A DNA stretch of 63,993 nucleotides, filler included, from Circinaria calcarea (Eukaryota), in assembly GCA_051942165.1 (NCBI GenBank). It is 7 parts of 7 records of this genome, joined end to end, with 100 filler letters (N's around TTAATTAATTAA, not from the genome) between each part and the next. Parts side by side here need not be neighbours in the genome. Positions count along the whole stretch, not along the records: positions 9,308 to 18,504 come from JAVECS010000965.1; positions 18,605 to 27,798 come from JAVECS010000966.1; 5 more parts are not named here. The stretch is one strand, 5' to 3'. The notes below the pieces were generated by a model that was not told where the DNA came from, ran no database searches, and saw nothing but the letters and a program-made list of their open reading frames with translations. Below, piece after piece: positions 12,057 through 24,599 of the stretch; positions within the stretch are counted from its first letter, which is position 1; each line of letters opens with the position of its first letter. The translations under genes were made by a program, and so were the position numbers.

Positions 12057-13815
12057 CTACTCTATTGTGTAAGAATCCGCCACTGATTTGATATCCTTGG
12101 TGAAGGAAATATCCTGATCCATCTCAAGCAGAGTAACCGATGAAACCTGTCAAGTTCATCCTTAGCAATTTCAACACCCAAGCTCTCATCGGCCACTTAC
12201 ATCAACATCCACCAAGGGTTTACTTTTAGAGAATTTTATCTTCATCGGGAAGAACTCGCCCTCATCTTCCGCCTGGGCTTCAAACTCGAACGCTCCGGTC
12301 GCATTTGATTGGTCTACTGGGCCAATGGTCCACTCTAAGCTATCGCCTGATACTTCGTATACGGCATCGAAGCTTGACACGGCTGGCTCGCTTGTGGCAT
12401 ATGGAATAGTAACTGCTACATCACGTAGGTTGTCCATTCCAGTCAACTCATATTCGACTGTGATTGTCCAAGACTCATCCGCCCCTTTATTCACCCAAAC
12501 AGTGAAACTGATTGGTAGAATGTCAGAAGCATCAGCTGTTGCACTTGCGCTCCACCGCAGAACGCCAACTGGATTGTTGAGCGGGAAGCCCCTGGCAGTA
12601 TCCTTTAGCTGTATTGCTTTTGAACTTGTGAATAATGACTTGTCCACCATTGGATGCGTACGAAACTGAGCACCGTAACTTGCATTGGCTAATAAATCTA
12701 ATTTGACTCTCGTGAGCGTAGGATCCGATATGCGTAGTTGTAGGTCGCCTTTGACGCTGAATGACTTGAGTGTGCCCTCTCTCGATAGTTTGGCGTTTAT
12801 GCTTTCCGCTATTGTTACATGTATAGCTTCCCGGTCTAACGATGAAGAGTTGCGCGCAGAGGGAAGCTTTTGTGGCGTGACAATAGGTTGCGCATTGGAA
12901 ATCAATGGAGCCGACTCTTCCCCTTGCGTTCCAAGATCTCCTTTCACACGTTCAAACATTTCTGTGGTCTTGGACTTCTTACCAAGCTGCATACCTTTAC
13001 CCTTTGGTGCCGTTGCCCTTTATGACGTTAGCCTAGACTTCTTTCGGCTTGAGTATAAGACCAACTTGAAAGATTTGTTTTTCTCCGCTTCATAGCTGTC
13101 ATAAGTATCTGGGACCGTAGGCGCAACGGACCGTGTGTACGCTGGATATGACGGTGTTCGGGGTGCATTACTTCGCCCACTTCGGGCCATCTCTTTACGC
13201 TGCATTTCAAGTTGCTTCGCCCTTCTCTTCCGCTCCTCGGTAGCCTCGAGTTCCTTGTTCTATAACAATTTCAGGTCAGATTTATCAATCCCCTTAACTA
13301 CAAGAGACCAACCGTACCCTAGATATAATTTCTTGTATCCTCTCTTCATGACTTTCCATCTCCAAGAAAGTCTTGATCTGCCCAATGGAAAGGTTCTCTC
13401 GGTAGCCGAGGGTTACAAGCTCATCAAAAGCACTGAGGAGTTCGTAGGCATTGCGCAGGATCTCTCGCTCGTCCAAGCTTTTGCAGATGCTTGACACCAC
13501 TTGCGCGAATAAGTGTAATGAGTCAATGTCTTGTAGAATATTGGATTGTCGGTTCGTTATGAGAACCATATATAGTTCGTCTAGCGGCTGGTAGACATAT
13601 CGAACATTGTCCTGCTCCACTGTTGTATGCTGAGTCCCCGAGTCGGCAAGTTTTGGAAACGAAGCAAGGAGTCCTTCAATCCGTGACCTGGCCATTTCAC
13701 GAAATTGTCTCGATAAGACAGCCTTGCCCCCCCTCGTACATATTGAAGCTGCGAGAACCACCTGTGATTGTTAGCAGATTTCTAAACGGACCCATATGCG
13801 ACTTCATCATACCAT
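12057..13815 (-). CDS. ret2: Coatomer subunit delta (COPI), multi-exon
   Basis: M|VVLAASICTRGGKAVLSRQF..QHTTVEQDNVRYVYQPLDELY..MESHEERIQEII; KGMQLGKK; mu-homology C-terminal domain (KGDLQLRISD..FRTHP); ends ..VADSYTIE*. Confidence 0.95.
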
Positions 13816-14315
13816 CTTCCAAAGCACCTAGCCCGTAGAGCTGCAGCACTCTTTGTGTCAGGATAATTTCAAGCTGGTCAGAGTGCAATGGCAATTTTGG
13901 TAGCTCTGCTGCCTGTCTAATATCTTGTGTACCCCAGTAAAAGGCGAAAGGTGGTCAATCACAACGCTAGGCTGTTTCCGGTTATGCCGCTAGAATTCAT
14001 CACTCTTCCGCCTCTGCCGAACTAAATATCAGCATCAACTCTGACAAACAACGCGCTCATCCAGGAGAATCATCCATCTGCGTGCATCACCAATTCTCAC
14101 CGAGTCTCTACATTACACTAGGCTGTTACCTGGAAACTATCCGACCGACCTCAGATACCCTCACATCTTACAATTACCACACCATAGGAAACCTCCGAAA
14201 TCCAAATCTACCTCCGCTGAGGGTACTAAGGTACCATCAAACCATTAGTTCAGTGGCGAGCTGCACCTAAAATGAGATATCATCTTATTGATTACCTTTG
14301 CTCCATCAATATATT

Positions 14316-16970
14316 ATGACAACCCTCCACAACATCATGAGCTCGCGCCTGGGATCAGAGGCTGAGGAGGACCCGATGGAGATTTCTTCAGAACTCGGAC
14401 AAAAGATAGCGACGGGGGAAGACATTGATATCGATCTTGACCTGGTCGACGACCGTTCAGAGAATGAAGATGACGAATATATGATAGAGGACATGGAGCC
14501 TTTAGTGGATCTGGACGGATCAGGCGACAACGAGTTGCGTTCAAGCAACGATGATGAAATGGCTGATGATGCACATACACCACTTATGGTAGAGGACGTG
14601 ACATTTTCCAATGATGAAGACTTGGTAGATGCGGAGGAAGACAATCTAGACCTTAACACCAGTGCAGATGTCATTACCACAACCGCCAATCCTGGCCAAG
14701 TTCAAACTGAAGATTCTGATCTTTATCAGCAGACTCCAGTTGCCCAAGTCACTAAGGATGTTAAAGACTACGCAGGGGATTATACACAATCCAATCTTGT
14801 CACTGCTGGCGAAGGCACCGTATTTCATCACCCCCAGATTCTTGAGCCTGAAACGAACGATGATGGGTCAAAGGAGCTGTCCTTGCCTTCTCCTACGTCC
14901 GCTGACCCCAACGACGACGTTGCGCACACAATCACAGACGAAGCTAGTTATTCCAAGGACAGTGATAACCTCAACAACAACCTATTAGGAGCACCCGGAA
15001 ATCTTCTTCTTGGTGTCCAGACACCATTAGAGCCATCAGACTCAAAGAGAATAGAAAGTAATCACGATCTGTTCTTGCAGCCATCTACCTTGGTCCATAT
15101 TCTACAGGGGGCACAAGATGATGATGCTGACAACCACCAACCAGTTGCTAAGACACCGCCTCATACTGACAATGCGCCATATGATGACACGCAATTGAAT
15201 CACACCTCCCATGTTCATTCCGTAATAGTGGTTTATCAACAAAGCCAGATCTCGCTTTTCCCTCCAATGGAGCAAAATTCGGATCAAGCAGAGACGTACT
15301 TTCTGAGTGATGCGTCACTTGCAGGGAAAAGTATCCTCGAGCTGCTGAAAGCCTGTAGGATCGTTCTTGCAGAGAGCATAAACGAAGAAGATGAGTTGGA
15401 GATCAAATTGGAGTCGCTAAACCTTGACTTTTGCGAGGTAAATTAGTCCATTGTCACGCCAATTTCCAGAGCTAACGGGCGTTTTATAGTGCACCGCGGA
15501 ATCTTCCACAACAAGTCTTTCACAGATACTTGAGCTCTATCTACAACTACAGCTTAATGATGGGGTTGATGATCCAGATCCTCTCTTTCTGACACTGACT
15601 ACTAGGGTGAAACTGGCAAATCGCTTGGAATATCTCTACGCTGCTGTTGCGGGCGGTAAAGGGTTTGCGGACGTTGCACATTTCCAAGCTTCTAGCACAA
15701 GTGAAGATGGTGAAGATGGTAATGAAATATCCGAAGTCCCAGATTATGAGGATGACATCGGCATCGACGGAGGTGAAGCTAGTCAGGCTTTTGGAGTAAC
15801 TGCAGGTTTGAGTTCTGCAGAGTTTGATGAGGAGGACGATAAGTATCCTCAATCTACAGGCAACAAGCTTGGGAGCAATGAGAAGCTCCCTACATCAAGC
15901 GGAATCACTACCGATGATGGCAGGACTGAAAGTGGGCAGACCCAAAGCAACATGAGCAATGACAAGGAAAATGAAGTTGCAGGCGGTGATGATACACGGG
16001 ACGATCTCTCAGCTTCTTATAGTACTGATCCACAAACGACTGACAAATCAGAGAAAGATCAGAATAGTAAGGATGGACAAGGAGAAGCTAACAAGGCTGA
16101 GGCCTCATATCATGAGACTGAAGAAGACGGAGATAATTCTGGAGGAAGCGACGGTCTACTGGACGGAAATGTGACTTCAAGCAGGATCTCCAACGAGATT
16201 TCCTTGTCAAATGAAGACTTCGACAATACGCATGCTAATACAGCTAATTTTGCTCAGCCTACGGCACATGCTGAAGTTGGTAAGCTAGGAGATGGAGATG
16301 AAGATTCGATAGATTACGAAGAGGACGAAAGAATTCATGGATCATCCGCTGCAACTTCCACAGTCCATGGGGACGACTCAGAAGTGCCAATCGGTAGCGA
16401 CGGTAAAGTATTGAGCGAGTTTCATAATCATCCAACAATACTCAACGACGAGGAAGGAAAGCCACGCAGTGGTAGCACTGATCATCAAGCTGCTACGTTC
16501 AATGTTGGAGTGAATGACGGGAATAATCTGAGTGACCTTTCAAATGGCGAGCATGAACATATCCATGACTTTGAGGACGATAAAGCCGACCCTAAAAATG
16601 AGGATCCCATCAAAAGTGATAACATTGAACAATCACCAACTTCAAGAGGACAACATACGAGTGGACTTCCTAGCAAGGGTAATTCAGCGTTCGACGATGA
16701 CGAAATCACTTACGATGATGACGAGGAGGAAGAAGACCAAAATGAAAGTGGTACAGATCAAACTTTGCTACACACAGACAACTTCCTTCATGAGTCGGCG
16801 GAGATCCCCGGCTCCAATAGTCCTTCTTTAAAGCGTCTTCGAACTGATCCCGATGGTGGTGATACCTCTGAAGATGGCTTACAAGGTAGGACTAGCTAAA
16901 GAGCCCCTATCTTTATAGTATTTTGCTGATCCTCTCAGTTGTAGACTTGAAACGGTTCCGTTCTTATTGA
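14316..16970 (+). CDS. Acidic conserved hypothetical protein with a DUF2420 (Rmr1-like) domain; introns at about 15438-15488 and 16887-16944
   Basis: D/E-rich disordered protein with a folded core (VIVVYQQSQISLFPP..ETYFLSD..LLKACRIVLAESINEEDEL..LYLQLQLNDG..PLFLTL); ends ..LKRFRSY*. Confidence 0.65.
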
Positions 16971-18291
16971 GGCCTCTTGTCTTGCCTGTGGTCTTTCCAC
17001 TTTGCGGATCCTTCAATCGGAATGGTTCCATGGTAGCCGCAGTTCCGTGTGGTCATAATAGCACACGGCATTTCTGTCGTCTACCTTCAGTCTTCCCAGG
17101 GTGGTCCTGCCTGCGATGGGGTCTCCGCTATGTCCAATTGCCACTTAGGCTGCTCACGAGCCAAGCTACGTCTCCAGGACTATCCGAATATAATTCAGGA
17201 ATATCACCCCGGTCTGATCAAGGTAAGTTACAACGGTAGGTTCCTGGCATGACAGGTATATCGACCCTCATTTTCCTCCTGGTTCAGTGTTGCATGATAC
17301 CCAAGGCCCCTGCTTGACTTTTCTCGTAGTGCTTGATGGCGTTTTTTGGCTTTTCACCTCTTGCTAACTAATACCTCTTCCCTCGCTTCTAACCCGAAAC
17401 TCGAATCAGAGTGCGCCGGCTGCAGGCATTCCTGTCTTCTCTTTCTTCTCTTGTAGGACGGTTCCACAGCTGCTCTGTGATTGGTGCAGGGGGGTGATAC
17501 CTAGCAAAAGTATTGCAATTCTGGGGGAGGAACGGCCTGGTTGTGCAAACATTGACAGCGGAAGAACAGTGATCTGTAGCTACTTGTCATGGCAGGAGGA
17601 ATTATAGAATCGAAGAAAAGCAGGCCTATCTCATAGGTGACATTAATGCGGCTTTGATCATGTGATGCTGTAAGCAGTCGAGATCTGTAGTCAAGACATG
17701 TTGTCAAGGTCAGTCGGCAACATATATAGATGGCGGTAAGGTAGGCCTTCAGGGGCACCCTTCTCGAAGCGGATCAGCCGATGTCTTAAGCGAAAGTGTA
17801 AGGACCAATCAAAGCTCTCGGGCTTGTGAAACATACCCAGAACGGGTACGGAGTACGAGGAGGACAATTGTCACATATACCATCAAATCGAAAGGACGTT
17901 GACAACGTAATTACGCCCTCATCCTCAAATGATCCCGTCTTCCCTCTCACGTCAAGTCATCTACACCTAAAGCCTGGCTACGTCGCCAACAGATAGCCTA
18001 CTTTAACCTTAGACTTTGGCCATCCGACCATCTGTCGCAAAAACCAAATCCCCAGTGCACGAACGCGTCCATCCCTTGCATTTCTTCCACCCATCTATCT
18101 ACCTACAAGTCCTACGCATCAGCACCAGACATTGAATGGGGCCACCGCCCACTTTGTACGATACTTTGGTTCGCCGCATGAGAAAGAGCAAAGCTGGCTT
18201 CGCAACCACCCGGACGGTCTGAGGAAATATCCACCCGACATCTCGCCGTTCTGGTCCGCCTGGCCAGGAGGGCTTTCAGTCTTTACCCGTG

Positions 18292-18504
18292 ATGATTGAA
18301 GATAAATACGTCGGCTTGCTCTTGGCCATTACTTCGTCACTCGCCATCGGAACGAGTTATGTGATCACGAAAAAAGGGTTGCAGGATGCTAGGGAACGTC
18401 ATGGCTTCGAAGGAGATGGGTATCAATACTTTAAGAATCCGACCTGGTGGGGAGGTATCATCACACTTGTCCTTGGCGAGATTGCCAATTTTGCCGCATA
18501 TGCC
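18292..18504 (+). CDS. NIPA-family (DUF803) magnesium transporter, N-terminal fragment
   Basis: MIEDKYVGLLLAITSSLAIGTSYVITKKGL..GFEGDGYQYFKNPTWWGGI..GEIANFAAYA; truncated at the linker. Confidence 0.9.
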
Positions 18505-18604
18505 NNNNNNNNNNNNNNNNNNNNNNNNNNNNNNNNNNNNNNNNNNNNTTAATTAATTAANNNNNNNNNNNNNNNNNNNNNNNNNNNNNNNNNNNNNNNN
18601 NNNN
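18505..18604. other. Artificial contig linker
   Basis: N44-TTAATTAATTAA-N44. Confidence 0.99.
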
Positions 18605-21600
18605 TATCCACTTCAATATCGGACGCCGTCGCCGCCAGCCTACGAACCGCTATCTCCTAGGGCGCACAACAGCACGACCAACGCGCTTTCTAGCAGGAGA
18701 TGGACTGGAGGCTTCACACAGAACATTGGAAGTAGCCCGGAAACAGGAGGGTTTGGCTATGGAAGATATGAAAGGGGTCCAAGTAGTGTGATGGATACGT
18801 TCGCATCCATAGCACTAGCGGCAAACTCGAGTCAAGAATCACACAAAGAGCCATTGCTTGACGGAGGTCAACATCGGGGCTTCCTCGTCCCCGCCCAGAG
18901 TTGTCTTGAACGCCCATCGAAACGGGCACGGAGTGAGAAGCTACCGTCGCCAGAATGGCGCCGTACTGTCTCTCGGCCAATGACAAGCTACATACAACCT
19001 ATCGACGAGAGAAGGGAGGATGCTGAACTATTGCTCAACTTCTTTCAAGGGGCCCGATATGCTGTTCCAAAGCTTCCGACGTATAGGCCAGTACAGTCTG
19101 AATTCCCGTATCGGCGTTCACCGTCTCAGGAGACGTTCCCGCTTTCGGCTCTGCAGTCTCCCATACAAAAGGAGCGTTTTCGTACAGACGAGTCTCCACA
19201 CAATTATGCTGCGAGGCGGCAGCCTACGAATAGACAAAAGGCTACAAATCCGGTGTCCGTTAAAGTAGACAACCAGGCGACAATTGGAGCAGGGGCAATC
19301 GAAGGTTCCTTGTTTGCATCAAAAAATTCTCTGGCAGTTGAATCACCTACGCAAGATAAGATGGTAATTATGAGCGATGCTTCTACCCAGTCTTCTTTTC
19401 AACAACACGCAAAGGAACCACCCTCACTCGAAAAACCGCCAAGTCCTCCCGAGTCTAATGCAGACGATTCATTGATGAAGGAAGTCAATCAAGACTCATC
19501 TATCATACTAGACACACTTGACGAGCAGGGTCATGTACAAGGTGGAAAGTTAGTGGGAGAGGTTGCAGCAGACACGGCCGCAGAGCACAACATAAACATA
19601 GCTCATACGAACGTTGAAGATCCCACTCCTGCGCCCAAGCTACCTTTAGAGGAGAAGAACACGGATATGAATGCTGAGGTGGGCGTGCTGGATTCCGCGG
19701 GTTCTCCCACCAGGTCACCAGTCACCTTAAACGTTATCCCCGCGCCAATGCCTGAACTACTAGAACCCCCAAAGATTCCACCGGAGCCTTCGGTACCGAA
19801 GCAGCGACAATCCTTAGTACCTTCAGTGTGTGCGGCTTGCAATTTCTCGCGAAATACCTTAACGATTGAAACTGAGAACGACGCAACCTCCTGGATCAGT
19901 TGTGATGGATGCAAGTCTTGGTTCCATTTCGCATGCGCAGGGTTCAAGAATGAGCGTGAAGTACGGAGTGTTGACAAATATCGATGCAAGAAATGCAAGC
20001 CGGTCCACGGAGCTACAACTTATGTTAGGAAGTCTACTCGTGCACACAGTGCGATTGACTATGCGGGCTTGAACGAAGGGGTACTCAAAACATCTGATGA
20101 GAACCCAGAACATCATTACATCAAGCCCATCAAGGAGGGTGTTATCAAATTTCATCCCGATAATTTTGCGAGGATGCGCCCTGAGCTCGTGACAGCAGAC
20201 TATTTTGAGAAAGGCGATGGTATGAAGGAACCAATAGTAATTCCTGCTTCTTTGAATCCAAGACCTCCTCCGATCAGCCACCCTGAGAAAGAAGTCCTAG
20301 ATGGAGATGACCATTCGTCCGAACAAACTGTGCCAGAGCATCTATTGTCGGGTGATTTTGAATGCGAGACAGTCCCAGATCACGGACAGGATGCTTTAGA
20401 TATGGTTATTCCCCAAGGTTTAACTGTAAGGCAAGTTTCCGAACTGTACGGTCCTGAGGAGAAAGTCGAGGTCATAGATGTCAAGTCTCAAAACGGGGAG
20501 GACAAGAAGTGGAATATGAGGCGGTGGGTGGACTATTACGAAAGTCAAGGCAATAAGGTAGTCCGGAATGTCATCAGTTTGGAAGTCTCTCAGAGCAAAC
20601 TTGGTCGACTCATTAGACGACCAAAGATTGTACGGGATCTCGATCTTCAGGACTCGGTCTGGCCTGCAGAACTTCAGGCTAAAGGCGACTTCCCGAAGGT
20701 ACAATTCTATTGCCTAATGTCGGTTGCTGACTGCTTCACCGACTTCCATATTGATTTTGGTGGCTCTTCAGTCTTTTACCATATCCTAAAGGGCAAAAAA
20801 ACATTCTTCTTCATCCCCCCTCACGAGAAGCATCTGAAGAAATACGAGGAATGGTGCATGTCACCAGCGCAGAACTGGACCTTTCTCGGAGACCAGACAA
20901 AAGAATGTTATCGCGTGGACCTTTCAGAAGGTGATACCATGCTAATTCCTGCTGGGTGGATACATGCTGTGTGGACGCCAGAGGACAGTCTGGTTATAGG
21001 CGGCAACTTCCTTACTCGGACGCACTACCAGATGCAGATACGTGTAGCTCAGATTGAAAAGGCCACTGGAGTTGCGCGGAAGTTCAGATACCCGCAATTT
21101 CAAAAGGTTCTATGGTACACAGCACTGAAATATCTGGAGGAAGACCCTCTTCCAGATAGCGTATCCGAATCTCTTCTTGCTGGCCAAACCTTTCATCGGG
21201 AACATCCAACGTCTGATGAGTTTTATACTTGGGGTGATTCCTCGGTTCCTGGTGCCGAAAACTATCATGCACGTTACTATTCGAAAGCTGAGCTAGACGG
21301 CCTGCCAGAACTGGCTCGTTATTTGCAGAGAACCGCACTTATAGCCATGGGCCATATCACAGAAGGTATCAGTGTAGAAACACGCAACGCAGTGAAACGG
21401 TCAATTCCGAAACTTCAGGGGGAGCCATTAGATGCTGTGAAGAAATTTGCATTGTGGTACACTTGGAAACGTGGAAACGAGCCGATACCGCACTGGGCTT
21501 ACCCGAACCATATACCCGAGGGTGGAGCACCTGAGCTGACAGAGAAGAAGTTGAGTGTCAAGGCGCTACGACGATTGGATCGCGAAGCTGCCTTGCAGGC

Positions 21601-23389
21601 TTATCGAGTCGCACCAGATCGCCAGTCTACCCGTAGAAAGCCACAACAAACAGACACAGCTACTGATCTTGGCCTTTCTGGCCAGTCTACTCCTGCGAGT
21701 TCAGGATTACCGGCTACAGAGATAAACGGGACACTCAAGAGAAAGCTTGTTGACCTAAAGGCTCTGGATGCCGCATCGGATTCTGCATCAGTTACTCCAA
21801 AGAAGCCAAGATTGACATCCACCACGGGTAGTTCGAAGCCGAGGAAGGTGGCTTGCGAGTCCTGCAGGAAAAGGCGAAGGGCCTGTAAACACCGTGAGGA
21901 AGCCGTGGTGCATCCTTCTGGAGGTGAAAACGACGCTGTGGGAAATTCGATCATAACTAGTCGGCCAATACTTGAGAAACCAGATGGTGAGCAAGCTGGA
22001 GTCTTGGATGATGGTCCGAGTCATGGTTTACAAGCAGGTGAACAAGGCCTAATCGAGTCGGCAGAGCATTCGAAGTATGCTTTGAATGAAGATTTCTCAA
22101 TGCGTCAGATGCTGCATGTAGAGATACCTCGAAACGACACAAGCCAGGGATTACTGCCTATAAGCGGCTCAGCTGCAACAAGTCGGTCAAACGTTCAGAT
22201 AGTATTACCTCCTGCTACGGGAAGCCCGTCCACAATCAAGACACTCGACTTAAGCTACATTAGCCCACTCAAGACCCCCGGCAGAAGTAAAGCCTGCAAA
22301 GACTGCCGGAAAAGCAAGGTATGTTCATTTCGGCAATTTGGAAGATCGCCGTTTGCTTACGCTGCTGTATAGCGACGGTGCGTGCATGATGAAAATGGCA
22401 ATGAAGATCCCATCAAAGTCAAAGAGTCGGCAGTCCCAAGGCCTACGACATCCAAAAAGAGAAAGGTCAGCGTAGAGGGTTCGGAATGCACAAATCTCAA
22501 GAAAGTTAGTATTACCGAAAACGAAGGGGTTGTTCGGCAGCGGCAAGAGACCGGTGCTTCTCAAAGCCCTAATGGACAAATCATTCGAAGCCGGAAACCT
22601 ATCACTGCGCCTCCGAAACCCGTTTACTATCCACGTCATGTCCATCACCCGATTCAAGTAGCAGTCATGACGAGCCAGGATCCGTTTACTATGCTACCTC
22701 CACCTAATCATTTCAACCTAGAACTGACAGAAAACCATACTACACTAGCGCATCAGGCCCTCAAGCAGATCGTACCTGACCCTGCATCACCTTGCGACAG
22801 CCGTTCCTTACTCAATTACTCCAACCCCATAACCGGTACGACATTCACCCAACCATTATCCACTCAACCTCTCGAACCCCCCGAACCCCCCGAAGAAGTT
22901 CAACTAATAGCCACCTCCCCACTCTCGCCCTTGAAACTCGAAGACGACTTCTCCCTCCTCTCTAACGAACCCGCCGCCTCCTCCCTCGTCTCACCTCCAG
23001 CTTCCCTCCACACCGATAACGAAAGCCCACCTTCGCCCGCGCCCTCAACATCCGATATCACCGGCTTCACCTCCTCGGTGAGCACGACCAGACAATCATC
23101 ACGTCACGCAAAGGCGGTCCAGAGGTATACACCGGAATCCGGGCCCGCGAGACGCGCGAGTAGTAGTTCGATGGGCGGCCGGACTACCGGCAGGCAGAGT
23201 TCGATGGGTGGCCGGACGACGGAGAGGGAGAGCGCGAGTCCGGCGGTGCAGAAGAAGGGGAGGATGGCAAGCGAGGCCACAGTGACGGCGGCACCATCAG
23301 CAGCTGTGGCAGTCACGGACGAGGAGAGCCTGGCGCTGATTCGCGAGCTGCAGGCGCAAGAGTACGGGCTGCGGCGGAGGAGGACATAG
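18605..23389 (+). CDS. jhd1: JmjC-domain histone demethylase Jhd1 (KDM2-like) with PHD finger; 5' incomplete; intron 22319-22371
   Basis: The frame is open from the contig edge (YRTPSPP..EPLSP). PHD finger CAAC..WISCDGCKSWFHFAC..YRCKKC; JmjC NVISLEVS..FTDFHIDFGGSSVFYHILKGKK..IPAGWIHAVWTP..GGNFL. Confidence 0.92.
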
Positions 23390-23999
23390 GCTGTGGTTGC
23401 TTTAAGCTGGGTTTATGAATAGTGCTTTTTGAGTTATGAATCGGGAAACTGAGGAGTTTTACTTTGATGAAAGTACTGAGCTGGGCTGGGCTAGTTCTTA
23501 TCTCATGAGGGCCCCACGAGGCAGGGCAAGCAAAAGACTTGTTAACAATGCATGTAATTTAAAAAGGCCGGGGGTGATTTTTTTTTTTTTTTTGTAAATA
23601 GAGCAAGCATCATTTGGCTGGCTCTCTGTGTCTCTCTGTTTCTCTCTCTCTCTGCCTCGGTCATGGTTTTTTCCATTGGTGCAGCAGTATGGCGCTGTAT
23701 GGCGCATCTATCTAAGAGAGAGAGAGAGAAAGACGTGGAGGCAAAGCATGTAATTTACATATTGCAGTTCCATTAGATTCCCATTCAGCAGGGGCGGGCG
23801 AGAGGTTTTTAAACTTACGGAGTACCTAACTAAGCCTATTCATCCATTCATCCAATCTGCTCGATTTTGGTTTGGTTTGGTTCGGTTGACCCTTTTTTTC
23901 CTTCCCGAATCGAATCGAATTGAAATGGGGCGAAATTCTCGAGGCCAAAGGAAAAGAAAAGGCAAATTCGTAAATGAAATCGGAACGGAAGGGATAGGA

Positions 24000-24240
24000 C
24001 AAAGTTCGAGCATATTTTACCTACTCGGTAAACTGAACAAACGTTTGTTCGAATCCATTTCCCGAGTCCTGAGTTCCCGAGTCCTCGTCGTGCCGCGAAT
24101 TTAAAAAAATTTCCCCCTGGTGAGGAAATGTGGGAATGGTACGGGGGAGTGGGAGATTTACTGTGGTAGCTTGTTTTCCCCCTGGGGATGTTAGTGTTTC
24201 TGGGGTTAGAATATTTAAAGGCCCCGGGGATGCATGAAAT
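24000..24240. repeat. Degenerate direct repeat, copy A (partner at about 27470-27785)
   Basis: Shared blocks in the same order: AACAAACGT(T/C)TGTTC, CGAATCCATTT..CCGAG, TCGT.CCGC..AAT..TAAAAAAA..TTCCCC, ATATT.AA.GGCCCC.GGGGA. Confidence 0.6.
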
Positions 24241-24599
24241 GTCGGATTTTTCTCGGTTATTTTTGTCTCAGGCAGCACTCGTGCAACCCCAGACGTACAT
24301 GGTATTTCTCCTGCAGCAGCTGAGCCATGCCATGTCGAGATGCAAGGCTCGCCAATAATAAATGGGAAGCCCAGACAACATCCTCGCGCGCACCGCCCCT
24401 GATATTGTGGCAGATTTATTATACGTGATGTACAAGTTGCAGGCAAGTTCTTTAGGCCTGGCATAAACTTTGATTCCACGAGAGTCAATCTACATTTTGC
24501 TGAAAATCAAGCTCCTTTCTCTTTATTGATCATAACGGGTTCTACTAAACCTCACTCTTCTAGAGTGTTATCGAGCCTAGAATATCCTTAATCGCCACA

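Noticed and set aside
23160..23225. SSMGGRTT duplication in the Jhd1 tail
   Set aside because: A small slippage duplication in a disordered region with no evident significance.
24040..24070. tRNA gene suggested by GTTCGAATCC
   Set aside because: No acceptor stem or cloverleaf could be built; kept only as a B-box-like motif inside a repeat.
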